In this document: piece after piece, positions 17,613-26,871 of the stretch
Layout of the letters: each line of letters begins with the position of its first letter
Numbering within the stretch: position 1 is the stretch's first letter
Assembly: GCA_045863855.1 (NCBI GenBank)
Contig: BTVV01000079.1
Span: 1-28,359 of the forward strand
Direction: 5' to 3'
DNA from: Planctomycetota bacterium
GTDB lineage: Bacteria; Planctomycetota; SZUA-567; H5-PLA8
DNA: 28,359 nt
Program-made: the position numbers and the translations under genes
The notes under the pieces: model-generated
What the model was told of the DNA's origin: nothing
The model's input: only the letters and a program-made list of their open reading frames with translations
The model's database searches: none

Positions 17613-19730
17613 TTACTCCCGCAATTCTTCCGCCGGAATGTACTGCGCTTCGGCCGGCTTCTTCGCGTCGAGCTTGCTGCGGTATTCGAACGGATCGTCT
17701 TCGGGCAGCGGGTTCGGATCGGGCGCGCGCTCGGGCTGGCCCTTCTCGCCCAGGGTCGGCGGGAGCGAACTGTCCACCAGTCCGCCTGCGCCGCGCGCTT
17801 CCAGTTCCACGCGTCCCGTGGGCTTCCCGACCACCGTCTCCAATTCGGCCAGGCGCACCACGTAGTCGAGGCGGCGGTTGATGAAGTCGGTCTTCGCGGC
17901 GAGCAGGTTGTCCTCGGCGCGGATCACGTCGAAGCTGTCTTTCAGACCGCGCTCGAAGCTGATCTGCGCGGCTTCCACCGAGCGCTTGGCCTGTTCGACT
18001 TTCTTGCCTTGGATCAGGATGCTCTTCTCGGTCTCGCGCAGCGTGCGCAGGATGACGCGCACGTCCAGGTGCACCTGCTGGCGCGCCTGCTTGAGCTGGA
18101 TTTCGGAGCGCTGCAAATTCAGGAGCGCGCGCTCGTAGGCCGCGCGGTCCGGAATCTTGCCCCACGGGAGGCTGTAGCGCAGTTCGGCGGAGTAATCGTA
18201 ATCTTCCAGCCCGTGCGATTCGGCCAGCGAGTTCCCGCTGTGGCTGCGGCCGTACCCGGCGACGAGGTCGATCTGGTGGCCCAGGCCGTCCTTGGCCAGC
18301 ATCGTGTTGAGCTTGCGGATCGCCATGCTGCGGCGGCTGTTCAGCACGTCCAGGCGGTTCTCCAGCGCTTCGGAGAGGATCACCTTCTCGTCGAAGCGCG
18401 TGGCCTGGAACATCACGGCGGGCTTGCCGATCGGATCGCCGACGACGCTGGTCTTGATCTTCGTCCCGTCCGGGCGGGTGACTTCCTGCTCCGCGACCGA
18501 ACGCTTGACCAGGAGCACCGTGCCCGATTTTTCGTCGGTCTCGATGCGAATGTCTTCGGTCTTGGCCGGGTTTTCGCCGAACTCCACGGCCTCCTTGACC
18601 ACGCCGACCAGTTCTTCCAGATCCACGTCCATGATCTGCTTCAGCGCGTCGAAGGCGTTGGCCAGCGCACGGTCGTTGGCGGTGAGGGCCAGTTCGCGGT
18701 CGGCGAGCTGAACTTCGGCGTTGAAGACTTCCAGCAGCGTGACCTGTCCGGCGCGTTCGCGCGCGCGCGTCAGGCGCAGGAAGGTCTGCGCGGAGTCCAC
18801 GGCGCGGTGGTTAACTTCCAGGGTCTGCAACTGGCGTACGCAGTTCGCATAGGCGGTGCGCACCTGGAAGATCAGGTCCTGCACGTCCAGTTCCAGATTG
18901 CCGCGGCTGATCAGCTTGGTCAGGCGCGCGACGCGGATATCGTGCATGCCCACGTCGAAGCCGGCGCCGCGCCAGAGCGGCTGGACAACGCTCAGGTCGA
19001 AGGCCGTCGAGCGCGTCCCCGGACCGCTGGGCGTCGAGATGCTTTCCGAACCGCTCAACGTGACCCGCGTGCCCCACGGCGCGACCTGCGTGATGCTCGC
19101 CGATAGCGACTGCGCATTGGAATGCTCTTCATCCGCACGCGAGCCGCCGTGGCCCAACGAAAGTTCGAACTCGGGACGATAGGCCGACCAGGCGAGATTC
19201 AAATCGATGTCCGAAGCGCGGTCGTCGATGCGCGAAAGGCGCAGCCCCAAGTTGTTTTGGACCGCGATCTCGATGCACTCGTCCAAGGTCAGGGTCAGTT
19301 CCTGCCCGGGCTTGGCGGCTGCTCCGGCCACCGCGCCGGCTTCTTCGCCTTCGCCCACCGGCGCACCGGGTTCATCCGCGGCGGGGCCTTCCAGCGCGGG
19401 CTTGGCTCCCGCGGGCTTTTCCATTTCCTGCTGCAAGCGGATGATGCGGGCCTGGATCAGACCTTCTTCGGGGCGCTTATGCAGCGCCGCCAGGAGGCGA
19501 GCTTCTTCCAGTGTGGCCAGCGCGCGGGTGCCTTCGCCGGCCTCCTGCTTGCGTTGCGCGTCGAGGATCAGGGCGGCCAGCTTCTGCGTGACCGCGGCCT
19601 CGCGGTCTTCGGCCGGCGCTTCGCCCACCGCGGGTGCGGCTTCTTCGGCCACCACACGGAGGGAGCCGATCGCCACGAGGCAGAACGCCACGCCCAGACA
19701 AAGTACGTTTGCGTATCGAAAGCGCAGCAC
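17613..19730 (-). CDS. TolC-family outer-membrane efflux protein
   Basis: Signal peptide, LTLTLDECIEIAVQNNL, VVQPLWRGAG, ALENRLDV and FERGLKDSFDVIRAEDNL (two OEP repeats). GTG 19730 has AGGAG 5 nt upstream. Confidence 0.88.
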   Translation of the reverse strand: MLRFRYANVLCLGVAFCLVAIGSLRVVAEEAAPAVGEAPAEDREAAVTQKLAALILDAQRKQEAGEGTRALATLEEARLLAALHKRPEEGLIQARIIRLQQEMEKPAGAKPALEGPAADEPGAPVGEGEEAGAVAGAAAKPGQELTLTLDECIEIAVQNNLGLRLSRIDDRASDIDLNLAWSAYRPEFELSLGHGGSRADEEHSNAQSLSASITQVAPWGTRVTLSGSESISTPSGPGTRSTAFDLSVVQPLWRGAGFDVGMHDIRVARLTKLISRGNLELDVQDLIFQVRTAYANCVRQLQTLEVNHRAVDSAQTFLRLTRARERAGQVTLLEVFNAEVQLADRELALTANDRALANAFDALKQIMDVDLEELVGVVKEAVEFGENPAKTEDIRIETDEKSGTVLLVKRSVAEQEVTRPDGTKIKTSVVGDPIGKPAVMFQATRFDEKVILSEALENRLDVLNSRRSMAIRKLNTMLAKDGLGHQIDLVAGYGRSHSGNSLAESHGLEDYDYSAELRYSLPWGKIPDRAAYERALLNLQRSEIQLKQARQQVHLDVRVILRTLRETEKSILIQGKKVEQAKRSVEAAQISFERGLKDSFDVIRAEDNLLAAKTDFINRRLDYVVRLAELETVVGKPTGRVELEARGAGGLVDSSLPPTLGEKGQPERAPDPNPLPEDDPFEYRSKLDAKKPAEAQYIPAEELRE

Positions 19731-19925
19731 ACTCACTCCTCTCAGGGCGGTCCGATTCGACCGCGCCTGATTTCCAAACCAATCGGTCTGCTGACCGACA
19801 GCCATCCGTACATGAAGGTTTGCTTACCTTAAAGGGCGCTTAAACCCTAACCTTCACCGGGAGGCTCGGCAAGTTCCAAGCGGCCAACCTTGCACGAGTG
19901 GCGCACAGGCGCATAGCCGATCTGG

Positions 19926-20792
19926 CTAGAAGGGAGCGCCCACGCTGCCCGGGCGGAAGAGCCGATCGGCGCGGTACTGGGAGGGCGGCATCCCGAAGCG
20001 CGCCTTGAACTCCCGGCTGAAGTGGTAGGGATTGGCAAAGCCCACCTGAGCGGCCACGCCGGCCAAGCTCTCGTCGGCCCGCAGCAACCGTCGCGCGGCT
20101 TCGTCGAGGCGCAAGCGCTTCAGGTATTCCATCGGCGGGACGCCCAGGACGCTCAAGAATTGCCGGTGCAGGCTGGCGCGGGAGAGATGCGCCAGCTTGG
20201 CCAAGGCCGGGATATCGAGCGGCTCGGCCAGGCGGTCGCGCAGGGTCCTCAACAGCGGCGCCAGACGCGCCGCGCCGGCCAGCACTTCGTTGGCTCCTGG
20301 ACGCAAGACCGCTTGGGCGCTCAGCAGCCGCAACAGCCCGAAGCCCAGTTCCTGCCGGCGTGCCAACGCGTGAAGCGGCAGACCGTCCGCTCCGCGTTGC
20401 GCCAATAGGCCCTCGATGCACGCGCCGGCTTCCACGGCGGCGGCGCCGGTCAGCTTTTCCGGCGGCGCCAGGAGGCTCAAGACGTCCAGGCCGCCCCAGA
20501 GCACAAAGCCGAAGTGCGCGAACCGAAAGCGCATGCTCCCCGCCACGGGATCGAAGCGATGGACAAAGAGAAGCGGCTCGTGAGGCGGCGCGAAGATCGC
20601 CGTCCCGGCCGGGCCGTCCACCGTGCGGCCTCCCACCTTCAATTCGTAGCTGCCGAGCGTGGCTTGCGTGAGGATCCCGAAGGGGACGGTCTTGGCGTGA
20701 GCCCAGCCGTCGTGCCGCGCCGATCCGGCGCCGGCTTCGAGGAAGCGCAAGCTCAACGCATCGGCCCAGCGATCCAGGGGCAAAAGGGACAA
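19926..20792 (-). CDS. AraC family transcriptional regulator
   Basis: LDIPALAKLAHLSRASLHRQF…SLAGVAAQVGFANPYHFSREFKARFGMPPSQYR. TTG 20792 with GAAAGG upstream preferred; ATG 20843 is an alternative. Confidence 0.9.
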   Translation of the reverse strand: MSLLPLDRWADALSLRFLEAGAGSARHDGWAHAKTVPFGILTQATLGSYELKVGGRTVDGPAGTAIFAPPHEPLLFVHRFDPVAGSMRFRFAHFGFVLWGGLDVLSLLAPPEKLTGAAAVEAGACIEGLLAQRGADGLPLHALARRQELGFGLLRLLSAQAVLRPGANEVLAGAARLAPLLRTLRDRLAEPLDIPALAKLAHLSRASLHRQFLSVLGVPPMEYLKRLRLDEAARRLLRADESLAGVAAQVGFANPYHFSREFKARFGMPPSQYRADRLFRPGSVGAPF

Positions 20793-20946
20793 GGTGCACC
20801 TTTCTTTGAGACGTACAGATAAATACCTGAGATGCAGCGCCATGGCCGCGAACACGCCTATGGGGGTAATTTTGAGGCATAGAGCGCGTTTCGGCAAGCG
20901 GGAAGGCCCTAAAGTCTTCGAGCGCATTGAGACCAGGAGATAGGTC

Positions 20947-21930
20947 ATGTCTACGGCAACGACGGTGGCGGGGATGCGCGTCGTGGAGTGGTTGGGCTCG
21001 GGACGCGCGCGGGTGTCGGAGCATCCCCTGCCGGCTCAAGCGTTGGGCGAGGACGAGGTCGAAGGCCCGACGCTCGTTTCGCTGGTCAGCCCCGGCACCG
21101 AGTTGCAGAGCTTCCTGCGCGACGACCCCAAGCCGCGCGGGAGCGGTTATGCCGCCGTCTTTCGCATCGCTCGACTCGGCGCAGCGGTCACGGGATTGGC
21201 CGAGGGGCAAGCGGTCTTTGCCATGGGCCGGCACGCCTCGTTTCAGCGCTTCAAGGCCCGCGACGTGGTGGCGCTGCCGGACGGCCTGGCGCCGGAGACG
21301 GCCGTATTCTGCCGCCTGATGGGCGTAAGCTGGACGACGCTGGTGACCACCGCCGCGCGCCCGGTCGACCGGGTACTGGTGACGGGCCTGGGCATCGTCG
21401 GGCACTTGGCCGCGCAGAATTTCAAGGCCGCCGGGTACCGCGTCACGGCCGTCGATCCCGTGGCGTGGCGGCGCGAACGGGCTCAGCGCGCCGGCATCGC
21501 GGAGGTGCTGGCGCAGGCTCCTGCAGCCGAGCCTGACGGGACTTTCGCGCTGGCCGTGGAGTGCTCCGGGCACGAAGACGCGGTGCTGAGCGCCTGCCGC
21601 GCCGTCCGCAAGGGCGGAGAGGTGGTGCTGGTGGGCGTGCCGTGGCAGCGCCGCAGCGAAGCAAGCGCGCACGCACTGCTGGATCTCGTCTTTCACCGCT
21701 ACATCCGTCTGCGCAGCGGCTGGGAATGGGAGTTGCCGCACCATCCGCACGCCTTCGGCCGGGGGAGCATCTTCGATTCGTTCCGCGGCGCGCTGCACTG
21801 GCTGCACGAGGGCCGCGTGCAGGTCGCCGGTTTGAGCCGTTCCTTCGCGCCCGAGCAGGCGCAGGAAGCGTTGAGTGGTTTGGCCGGCCGCGACGCCGAG
21901 CACCTCACGGCGCTATTCGATTGGCGCTGA
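20947..21930 (+). CDS. MDR-superfamily (zinc-type alcohol dehydrogenase-like) oxidoreductase
   Basis: SLVSPGTE, GYAAV, Rossmann VLVTGLGIVGHLAAQ and AVECSG..GGEVVLVG. RBS AGGAG upstream. Confidence 0.87.
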   Translation: MSTATTVAGMRVVEWLGSGRARVSEHPLPAQALGEDEVEGPTLVSLVSPGTELQSFLRDDPKPRGSGYAAVFRIARLGAAVTGLAEGQAVFAMGRHASFQRFKARDVVALPDGLAPETAVFCRLMGVSWTTLVTTAARPVDRVLVTGLGIVGHLAAQNFKAAGYRVTAVDPVAWRRERAQRAGIAEVLAQAPAAEPDGTFALAVECSGHEDAVLSACRAVRKGGEVVLVGVPWQRRSEASAHALLDLVFHRYIRLRSGWEWELPHHPHAFGRGSIFDSFRGALHWLHEGRVQVAGLSRSFAPEQAQEALSGLAGRDAEHLTALFDWR

Positions 21931-22018
21931 CCCGCCAACAACCGCAGGCCAACAGCGCGCGAACGCAAGATCGAACAAGCTGAACGGGCGAGGCTTAAAC
22001 ACATAAGGAGCGGACGTC

Positions 22019-22825
22019 ATGGACACGCAAGGCGTACATCCGGCCATCGGCATCTCGTCGTGGTCGTTCAACAAGATGCTCTTTGCGAAGCAGATGGATC
22101 TGTTCCAAGTCTTCGCCGCCGTGCGCGGGCTGGGCGTGCGTAAAGTGGAACTGAACAACCATTTTTTCGCCAGCCAGGAGGAAGCGTACCTCGGCGCGTT
22201 AAAGGATGCCGCCGATCGTTACGGCGTGCGCGTGGTCAACCTGGCCGTCGACGACAAGGGCTTCGATCTCTCGTCGCCCGACGAAGCGCAGCGGAAGGAA
22301 GCGGTCGCGCGGACGGTGCGCTGGATCGAAACGGCGGCGCGGCTGGATTGCCCGTTCGTGCGCAACAATTCCGGCGGGCAGGATGCGGCGGCGTGCGCGC
22401 GAAGCTTCTCCGAACTGGCCGCGGAGGCGCGCGAGCGCGGCCGGCGCATCGCCATCGAGGCGCACGGCGGATTCTCCAGCGACGCCGCGCAACTGCTCCC
22501 GATCCTCGCCGCCGTCCGCGAACGCGAGCCGCAGGGCGTGGCGCTGATTCCCGATTTCGGAAACGTGCGGATCACGCCCGAGCGCGACCGCTACGCGCAG
22601 ATCGAGGCCATGGCCCCGTTCGCGGCACTGTGCCATCCGAAGATGCACGACTTCGACGCGTTCGGCGAACAGCCCGAATGGGATACGCAGCGGCTGGTTT
22701 CGATCGTAGCGCGCGCGGGCTTCCGCGGCCCGTGGATCGTGGAATTCGAAGGGCAGGAAGAGGCGTTCGAGGGCCTGCGCAAGAGCCTCGTGCTGCTCTC
22801 GCGCTGCTTGAGAAAAGCCGCGTAA
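22019..22825 (+). CDS. Sugar phosphate isomerase/epimerase (xylose-isomerase-like TIM barrel)
   Basis: ISSWS, VELNN, IEAHGG, PDFGN, HPK and GPWIVEFEG. RBS AAGGAG. Confidence 0.88.
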   Translation: MDTQGVHPAIGISSWSFNKMLFAKQMDLFQVFAAVRGLGVRKVELNNHFFASQEEAYLGALKDAADRYGVRVVNLAVDDKGFDLSSPDEAQRKEAVARTVRWIETAARLDCPFVRNNSGGQDAAACARSFSELAAEARERGRRIAIEAHGGFSSDAAQLLPILAAVREREPQGVALIPDFGNVRITPERDRYAQIEAMAPFAALCHPKMHDFDAFGEQPEWDTQRLVSIVARAGFRGPWIVEFEGQEEAFEGLRKSLVLLSRCLRKAA

Positions 22826-22831
22826 GAGGCG

Positions 22832-23845
22832 CTACCAGCCCTTCTTGGGCGCGGCCTTGAGTTCGAAGACCCAGCGGATCAGGCGCTGGATGAACTCCTT
22901 GATACCCAGGTTCGTCGCGGCGCTGAGCGAGAGCACTTCGCAATCCAGTTCCTTGCGCATGCGTTCCAGGTTTTCGCCGGCCCCGGGCAGATCGAGCTTG
23001 CTGGCGACGATCAGGCGCGGGCGTTCGGCCAGCACCGGGGAATAGAGCCTCAACTCGTTCTCGATCAGCCTGAAGTTCGCGAGCGGATCGCTCCCGTCGA
23101 GCGGCGCGGCGTCGACGAGATGCACGAGCAGGCTGGTCCGTTCGACGTGGCGCAGGAATTCGTCGCCCAATCCCGCGCCGGCGTGCGCGCCTTCGATCAA
23201 GCCCGGCAAGTCGGCGACGACCACCTGGCGGTATTGCCCGCTGTCGACGATTCCAAGCTGCGGCTCTTTGGTCGTGAACGGATACGGCGCGATCTTCGGG
23301 TGCGCGGAGCTGATGCGCGAGAGCAGCGTCGATTTGCCGGCGTTGGGCAGCCCGATCAATCCCACGTCGGCGATCAGCTTCAGCTCGAGATGCAGGTCGC
23401 GCTCTTCGCCGTCGGTTCCGGTCTCGTGCTCGAGCGGGGTCTGATGCGTGGAGGTGGCGAAATGCTGGTTGCCGCGCCCGCCCTTGCCGCCCCGGGCGAC
23501 GACAAACTCCTGGCCGGCTTCGGTGAGGTCGCAGAGCAGTTCGGCGGTGGCTTTGTCTTTGACGAGAGTGCCGAGGGGCACCTTGACGATCGTATCCTTG
23601 CCGGACTTGCCGGAGCAGTTCTTGTTCGAGCCCGGCTGTCCCGCCTCGGCCACGATGCGCCGCAACCGGTATAACCCCAGCAGGGTATCGGTGTGCGGAT
23701 CGGCTCGGAAGATGATGCTCCCGCCGCGCCCCCCGTCGCCTCCGGCCGGGCCGCCCCAAGGCCGGAATTTTTCCCGCAGGAACGCGGTGCAGCCGTCGCC
23801 GCCTTTGCCTGCCTTTACGTGAATATCCGCTTCGTCGATGAACAT
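22832..23845 (-). CDS. obg: GTPase Obg/CgtA
   Basis: MFIDEA..VKAGKGGDG, GGPAGGDGGRGG, LELKLIADVGLIGLPNAGKST, YPFTT, DLPGLIEGA and SKLD. Confidence 0.97.
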   Translation of the reverse strand: MFIDEADIHVKAGKGGDGCTAFLREKFRPWGGPAGGDGGRGGSIIFRADPHTDTLLGLYRLRRIVAEAGQPGSNKNCSGKSGKDTIVKVPLGTLVKDKATAELLCDLTEAGQEFVVARGGKGGRGNQHFATSTHQTPLEHETGTDGEERDLHLELKLIADVGLIGLPNAGKSTLLSRISSAHPKIAPYPFTTKEPQLGIVDSGQYRQVVVADLPGLIEGAHAGAGLGDEFLRHVERTSLLVHLVDAAPLDGSDPLANFRLIENELRLYSPVLAERPRLIVASKLDLPGAGENLERMRKELDCEVLSLSAATNLGIKEFIQRLIRWVFELKAAPKKGW

Positions 23846-24181
23846 AGTCGGGCCAGTGTGCGCGGAGGCGCTCCGCTTTGCAACGCCATCGTTGCAGGTT
23901 GTTGATTGGACAGGGTTAAGGTGTCTCGAAATGCGATGCCGCAAGCGTTCCGAATTGCGTCATTCCAAGGCTAACTTCTTTAAGATGAGGCTTTCGTTAA
24001 GGGTTATTACGAACAATCAAGTTCGGTATGCAAAATGCTAAAACACTAACTGCTGATTTTTGAGCAGTGTCTCAGGGCGGTAGTGGAATTAGAGGGCTCG
24101 GGACGGTATGATTTTCGATCTAGATGTAAAGGGTTGATTTTAATTGGACGATGGGTAGGTGTATTAGGTAAATCAAGCTAC

Positions 24182-25234
24182 GTGAGCGACCAACGGCTTT
24201 TACGTCTGCTGGATGCCAATGCGAATCGAGCGCGTGAGGGGCTCAGGACCGCGGAGGATTTCGTACGTTTCGTGTGCGGGGAAGGGCGCGGTTTCGAGCG
24301 CCTGAAGGGGCTTAGACATCGCCTGACGGGCATTATGACCAAGGCTTGGGGCGATGAACTATTAAGCGGAGCGCGGCGAGTTCAAGCTGATCATGGGCAT
24401 CCGGACGTGTCGACGGCGGCGGCGCCGCGGTCGGACGCGACGGGGGCTGCCGTGGCGCGGCGAGGCCTGAAACGGGCGCAGGAAGCCGTTCGGGTGCTGG
24501 AGGAGTTCGCGCGGGCGGGGCAGCCGGAGGCAAGCGAGGCGCTGGCGCAGGTGCGCTTCGAATTGTACGCGGCGGAGCAGTGGCTGGACCACGGCGCCGG
24601 GCGAGCGGCGATTTTGCAGCGCGCGCGGCTGTACGTGCTTCTGGCGGAGGCCGATTGTCCGCTGGGGCTGGAGGCGACGGCGCAGGCGGTGCTGGAAGGC
24701 GGCGCGCGGATCGTGCAGGTGCGGGAGAAGGCGCTGGAAGGCGCGGCGCTGCTGGAACGCGTGAAGCGCGTGAAGGCGTTGTGCGCGAAGCACGAGGCGC
24801 TGTGCGTGGTGAACGACCGGACCGACGTGGCGCTGGCGGCCGGAGCGGACGGCGTGCATCTGGGCCAGCGGGATCTTTCGCCGCGGGACGCGCGGGAGCT
24901 GGCGGGCGAAGGGCTGGTGATCGGGCGCTCGACGCATTCGGTGGCGCAGGCGCGGCGGGCGGTGGACGAAGAAGGCGCCGATTACGTGGGCATCGGCGCG
25001 CTGTATCCGACGGGGACGAAGCAGGCCATCGAGTTGATTGGGCCGGCGGGCGCCCAGCAAGTGGCGGAGCTGGATTTAAAGGCGCCGGTCTTCGCGATCG
25101 GCGGGATTACGGTCGAACGCATGAGCGAAGTGCGCGCGGCCGGGTTGACGCGGATAGCCGTTTCGAAGGCCGTGTGTGCGGCCCGCGATCCGGCTCGAGC
25201 CGCCAAAGAGTTGCTGGAACGGTTGTTAAACTAA
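24182..25234 (+). CDS. thiE: Thiamine-phosphate synthase with N-terminal ThiD2-like helical domain
   Basis: RLLDANANRAREGLR…KRAQEAVRVLEE (ThiD2-type), then VQVREK, VNDRTDVA..ADGVHLGQ, GRSTHS, PTGTK and FAIGGI. Confidence 0.93.
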   Translation: MSDQRLLRLLDANANRAREGLRTAEDFVRFVCGEGRGFERLKGLRHRLTGIMTKAWGDELLSGARRVQADHGHPDVSTAAAPRSDATGAAVARRGLKRAQEAVRVLEEFARAGQPEASEALAQVRFELYAAEQWLDHGAGRAAILQRARLYVLLAEADCPLGLEATAQAVLEGGARIVQVREKALEGAALLERVKRVKALCAKHEALCVVNDRTDVALAAGADGVHLGQRDLSPRDARELAGEGLVIGRSTHSVAQARRAVDEEGADYVGIGALYPTGTKQAIELIGPAGAQQVAELDLKAPVFAIGGITVERMSEVRAAGLTRIAVSKAVCAARDPARAAKELLERLLN

Positions 25235-25303
25235 CTTGACGGCCGCACCTGGGACGTGCCGCTTCGAGGACATCTTGGAACAGGAAAAGGAGACAGCACC
25301 GCG

Positions 25304-26092
25304 ATGAGCTACCCTAGCGCTTCTATCGCTCGTTCGTTCCCCCAGCGTATCGGGATTTTCGTGGACGTGCAGAACATGTTTTACTCCGCCAAGCTGCTGC
25401 ATCAGAGCAAGGTGGATTACGGACGGTTGCTGCGCGAGATCACCGGCACGCGCCATCTGATCCGCGCGATCGCGTACATCGTCCAGAAGCCCGACGTGAA
25501 TCAGTCCGGCTTCCACGAGGCGCTTTCGCGGTTCGGGTACGAGCTGAAGATCAAGGAACTGAAGATCCGCCCCGATCCGGACGGCCGCGGCGGCACGGTG
25601 GCCAAGGGTTCGTGGGACGTGGGCATGACGATCGACGTGCTCAACATGTCGAACAAGCTGGATACGGTGATTCTGGTCACCGGCGACGGCGATTACGTGC
25701 CGTTGATCGACGCGCTGAAGGCGCAGGGCTGCCGCGTCGAGGTCGTCAGCTTCGAACGCTCCACGGCCAACGAACTGGTCCGCGCGGCGGATCAGTACAT
25801 TCCGATCCAGGAGTCGTGGATCTTCAAGGAAAAGAAATTCGTCGAGCAGACGCCGGCGGCGGAAGGGAATCTGCCGAAGGGGCTGTTGGGTTCCACCGCG
25901 GCGGGCCAGACGGTGTACGAGGGCCTGCCGAAGGACGAGGACCTGGACGCGGAATCGGCGCAGTTGGAAGCCGCCGAGGAAGCCGCGGACTACGGCGACG
26001 AGGACGAGGACGATCTGCCGGGCGAGCCCGAGAAGACGACGACCAAGCGCGCCAAGCGCCGCAGCCGCCCCGACCTGGGGATTTTGGCCTGA
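25304..26092 (+). CDS. NYN-domain (LabA/DUF88, PIN-like) protein with acidic tail
   Basis: IFVDVQN, KGSWDVGMTID, LVTGDGDYVPL and ELVRAADQYI. RBS AAGGAG. Confidence 0.92.
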   Translation: MSYPSASIARSFPQRIGIFVDVQNMFYSAKLLHQSKVDYGRLLREITGTRHLIRAIAYIVQKPDVNQSGFHEALSRFGYELKIKELKIRPDPDGRGGTVAKGSWDVGMTIDVLNMSNKLDTVILVTGDGDYVPLIDALKAQGCRVEVVSFERSTANELVRAADQYIPIQESWIFKEKKFVEQTPAAEGNLPKGLLGSTAAGQTVYEGLPKDEDLDAESAQLEAAEEAADYGDEDEDDLPGEPEKTTTKRAKRRSRPDLGILA

Positions 26093-26127
26093 AGCCGCCG
26101 GCACGCCGTAACGCTCAAGCCGCATGG

Positions 26128-26161
26128 AAACGCCCCGCTCCACCGAGCGGGGCGTTTTTTT
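26128..26161 (+). terminator. Rho-independent terminator of the thiE-NYN unit
   Basis: AAACGCCCCGCTC-cacc-GAGCGGGGCGTTT, with the stem running into a T7 tract. Confidence 0.9.
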
Positions 26162-26285
26162 GTGCTTCCGAACGGCGTCCGGCATTCAGACGGCCACGGC
26201 GAATTGCGCGTACAACGCGGTCAACGCGCGGCCGGTTATCACAGCAGCTCGGCGGGGGTGGCGGAGGCCATAACAAAAACGCAAA

Positions 26286-26301
26286 TGTTCCACGTGGAAC
26301 A
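26286..26301. promoter_or_regulatory. parS: parS centromere-like site (ParB binding)
   Basis: Perfect palindrome TGTTCCACGTGGAACA (extends to 20 bp, 26284-26303), matching the bacterial parS consensus TGTTNCACGTGNAACA; intergenic. Confidence 0.85.
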
Positions 26302-26712
26302 TTCACGATGCGAAGCGAGGTGCTCTTGTGCGGCAACTTTTCGAACGAACTTTAAGGACTTAGAAGGACGAAAACGCGGTCTATACCACCTCGCGCACGT
26401 CGAGCAAAAATTCGATTCTGCTATAAAACTGCCATAAATCGCTGCTGCAAAGCGTATATTTGCACGCAGGTGCTTAGTGTCCGGGCGGCTATGCGCGAGG
26501 GGCTGAACGGGTGCAGGCGGTGCGGGGGCCCAAAAAACGCGGCCTTCCGTGGCCTTCGGCGTTCGGCGTTCGGCGCGGGGTCCAGGCGGTTTCAGGTGTG
26601 CTTAAGAGGATGAGGTTGTTTCGTGTTTAGCCGTTCCGTTCGCCAGGCGCGAGTCTATCATGGGTGGGATGGGAAGTGGGGGTGTGGTGTGAGGCGGTGC
26701 GCGCGCCGGTGA

Positions 26713-26769
26713 GGCACGGAGCAGCGCCCACTACGCTTGCTCCATGGTAACCGCTTCCGGCCACCCGCC
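26713..26769 (+). repeat. REP-like hairpin + tail, unit 1 (degenerate)
   Basis: CACGGAGCA-GC…GCTTGCTCCATG followed by GTAACCGCTTCCGGCCACCCGCC; near-copy of 26872-26927. Confidence 0.8.
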
Positions 26770-26871
26770 GTGGCGCTGGTCGAGTTTCCGGTGGCTGGAG
26801 CAGGGGCGAAAAGAGGGCGAACCCGTGGTGGTGGACGAATGGGTGGAGGTTTGAGCGTGCGCGGTCGGCTG

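Noticed and set aside
23846..24181. TPP riboswitch upstream of thiE
   Set aside because: The conserved CUGAGA and ACCUGAUC…AUGC…GGGA elements were not found.
319..26355. Many long antisense or alternative-frame ORFs (e.g. 1014-2285, 8949-10811, 9038-11122, 17496-19106, 19840-21903)
   Set aside because: Arg/Ala/Gly-rich shadow frames of well-supported genes, expected in high-GC DNA; no motifs.
26161..26640. oriC
   Set aside because: Only a poor DnaA-box-like TTATCACAG; no box cluster, unwinding repeats or dnaA in view.
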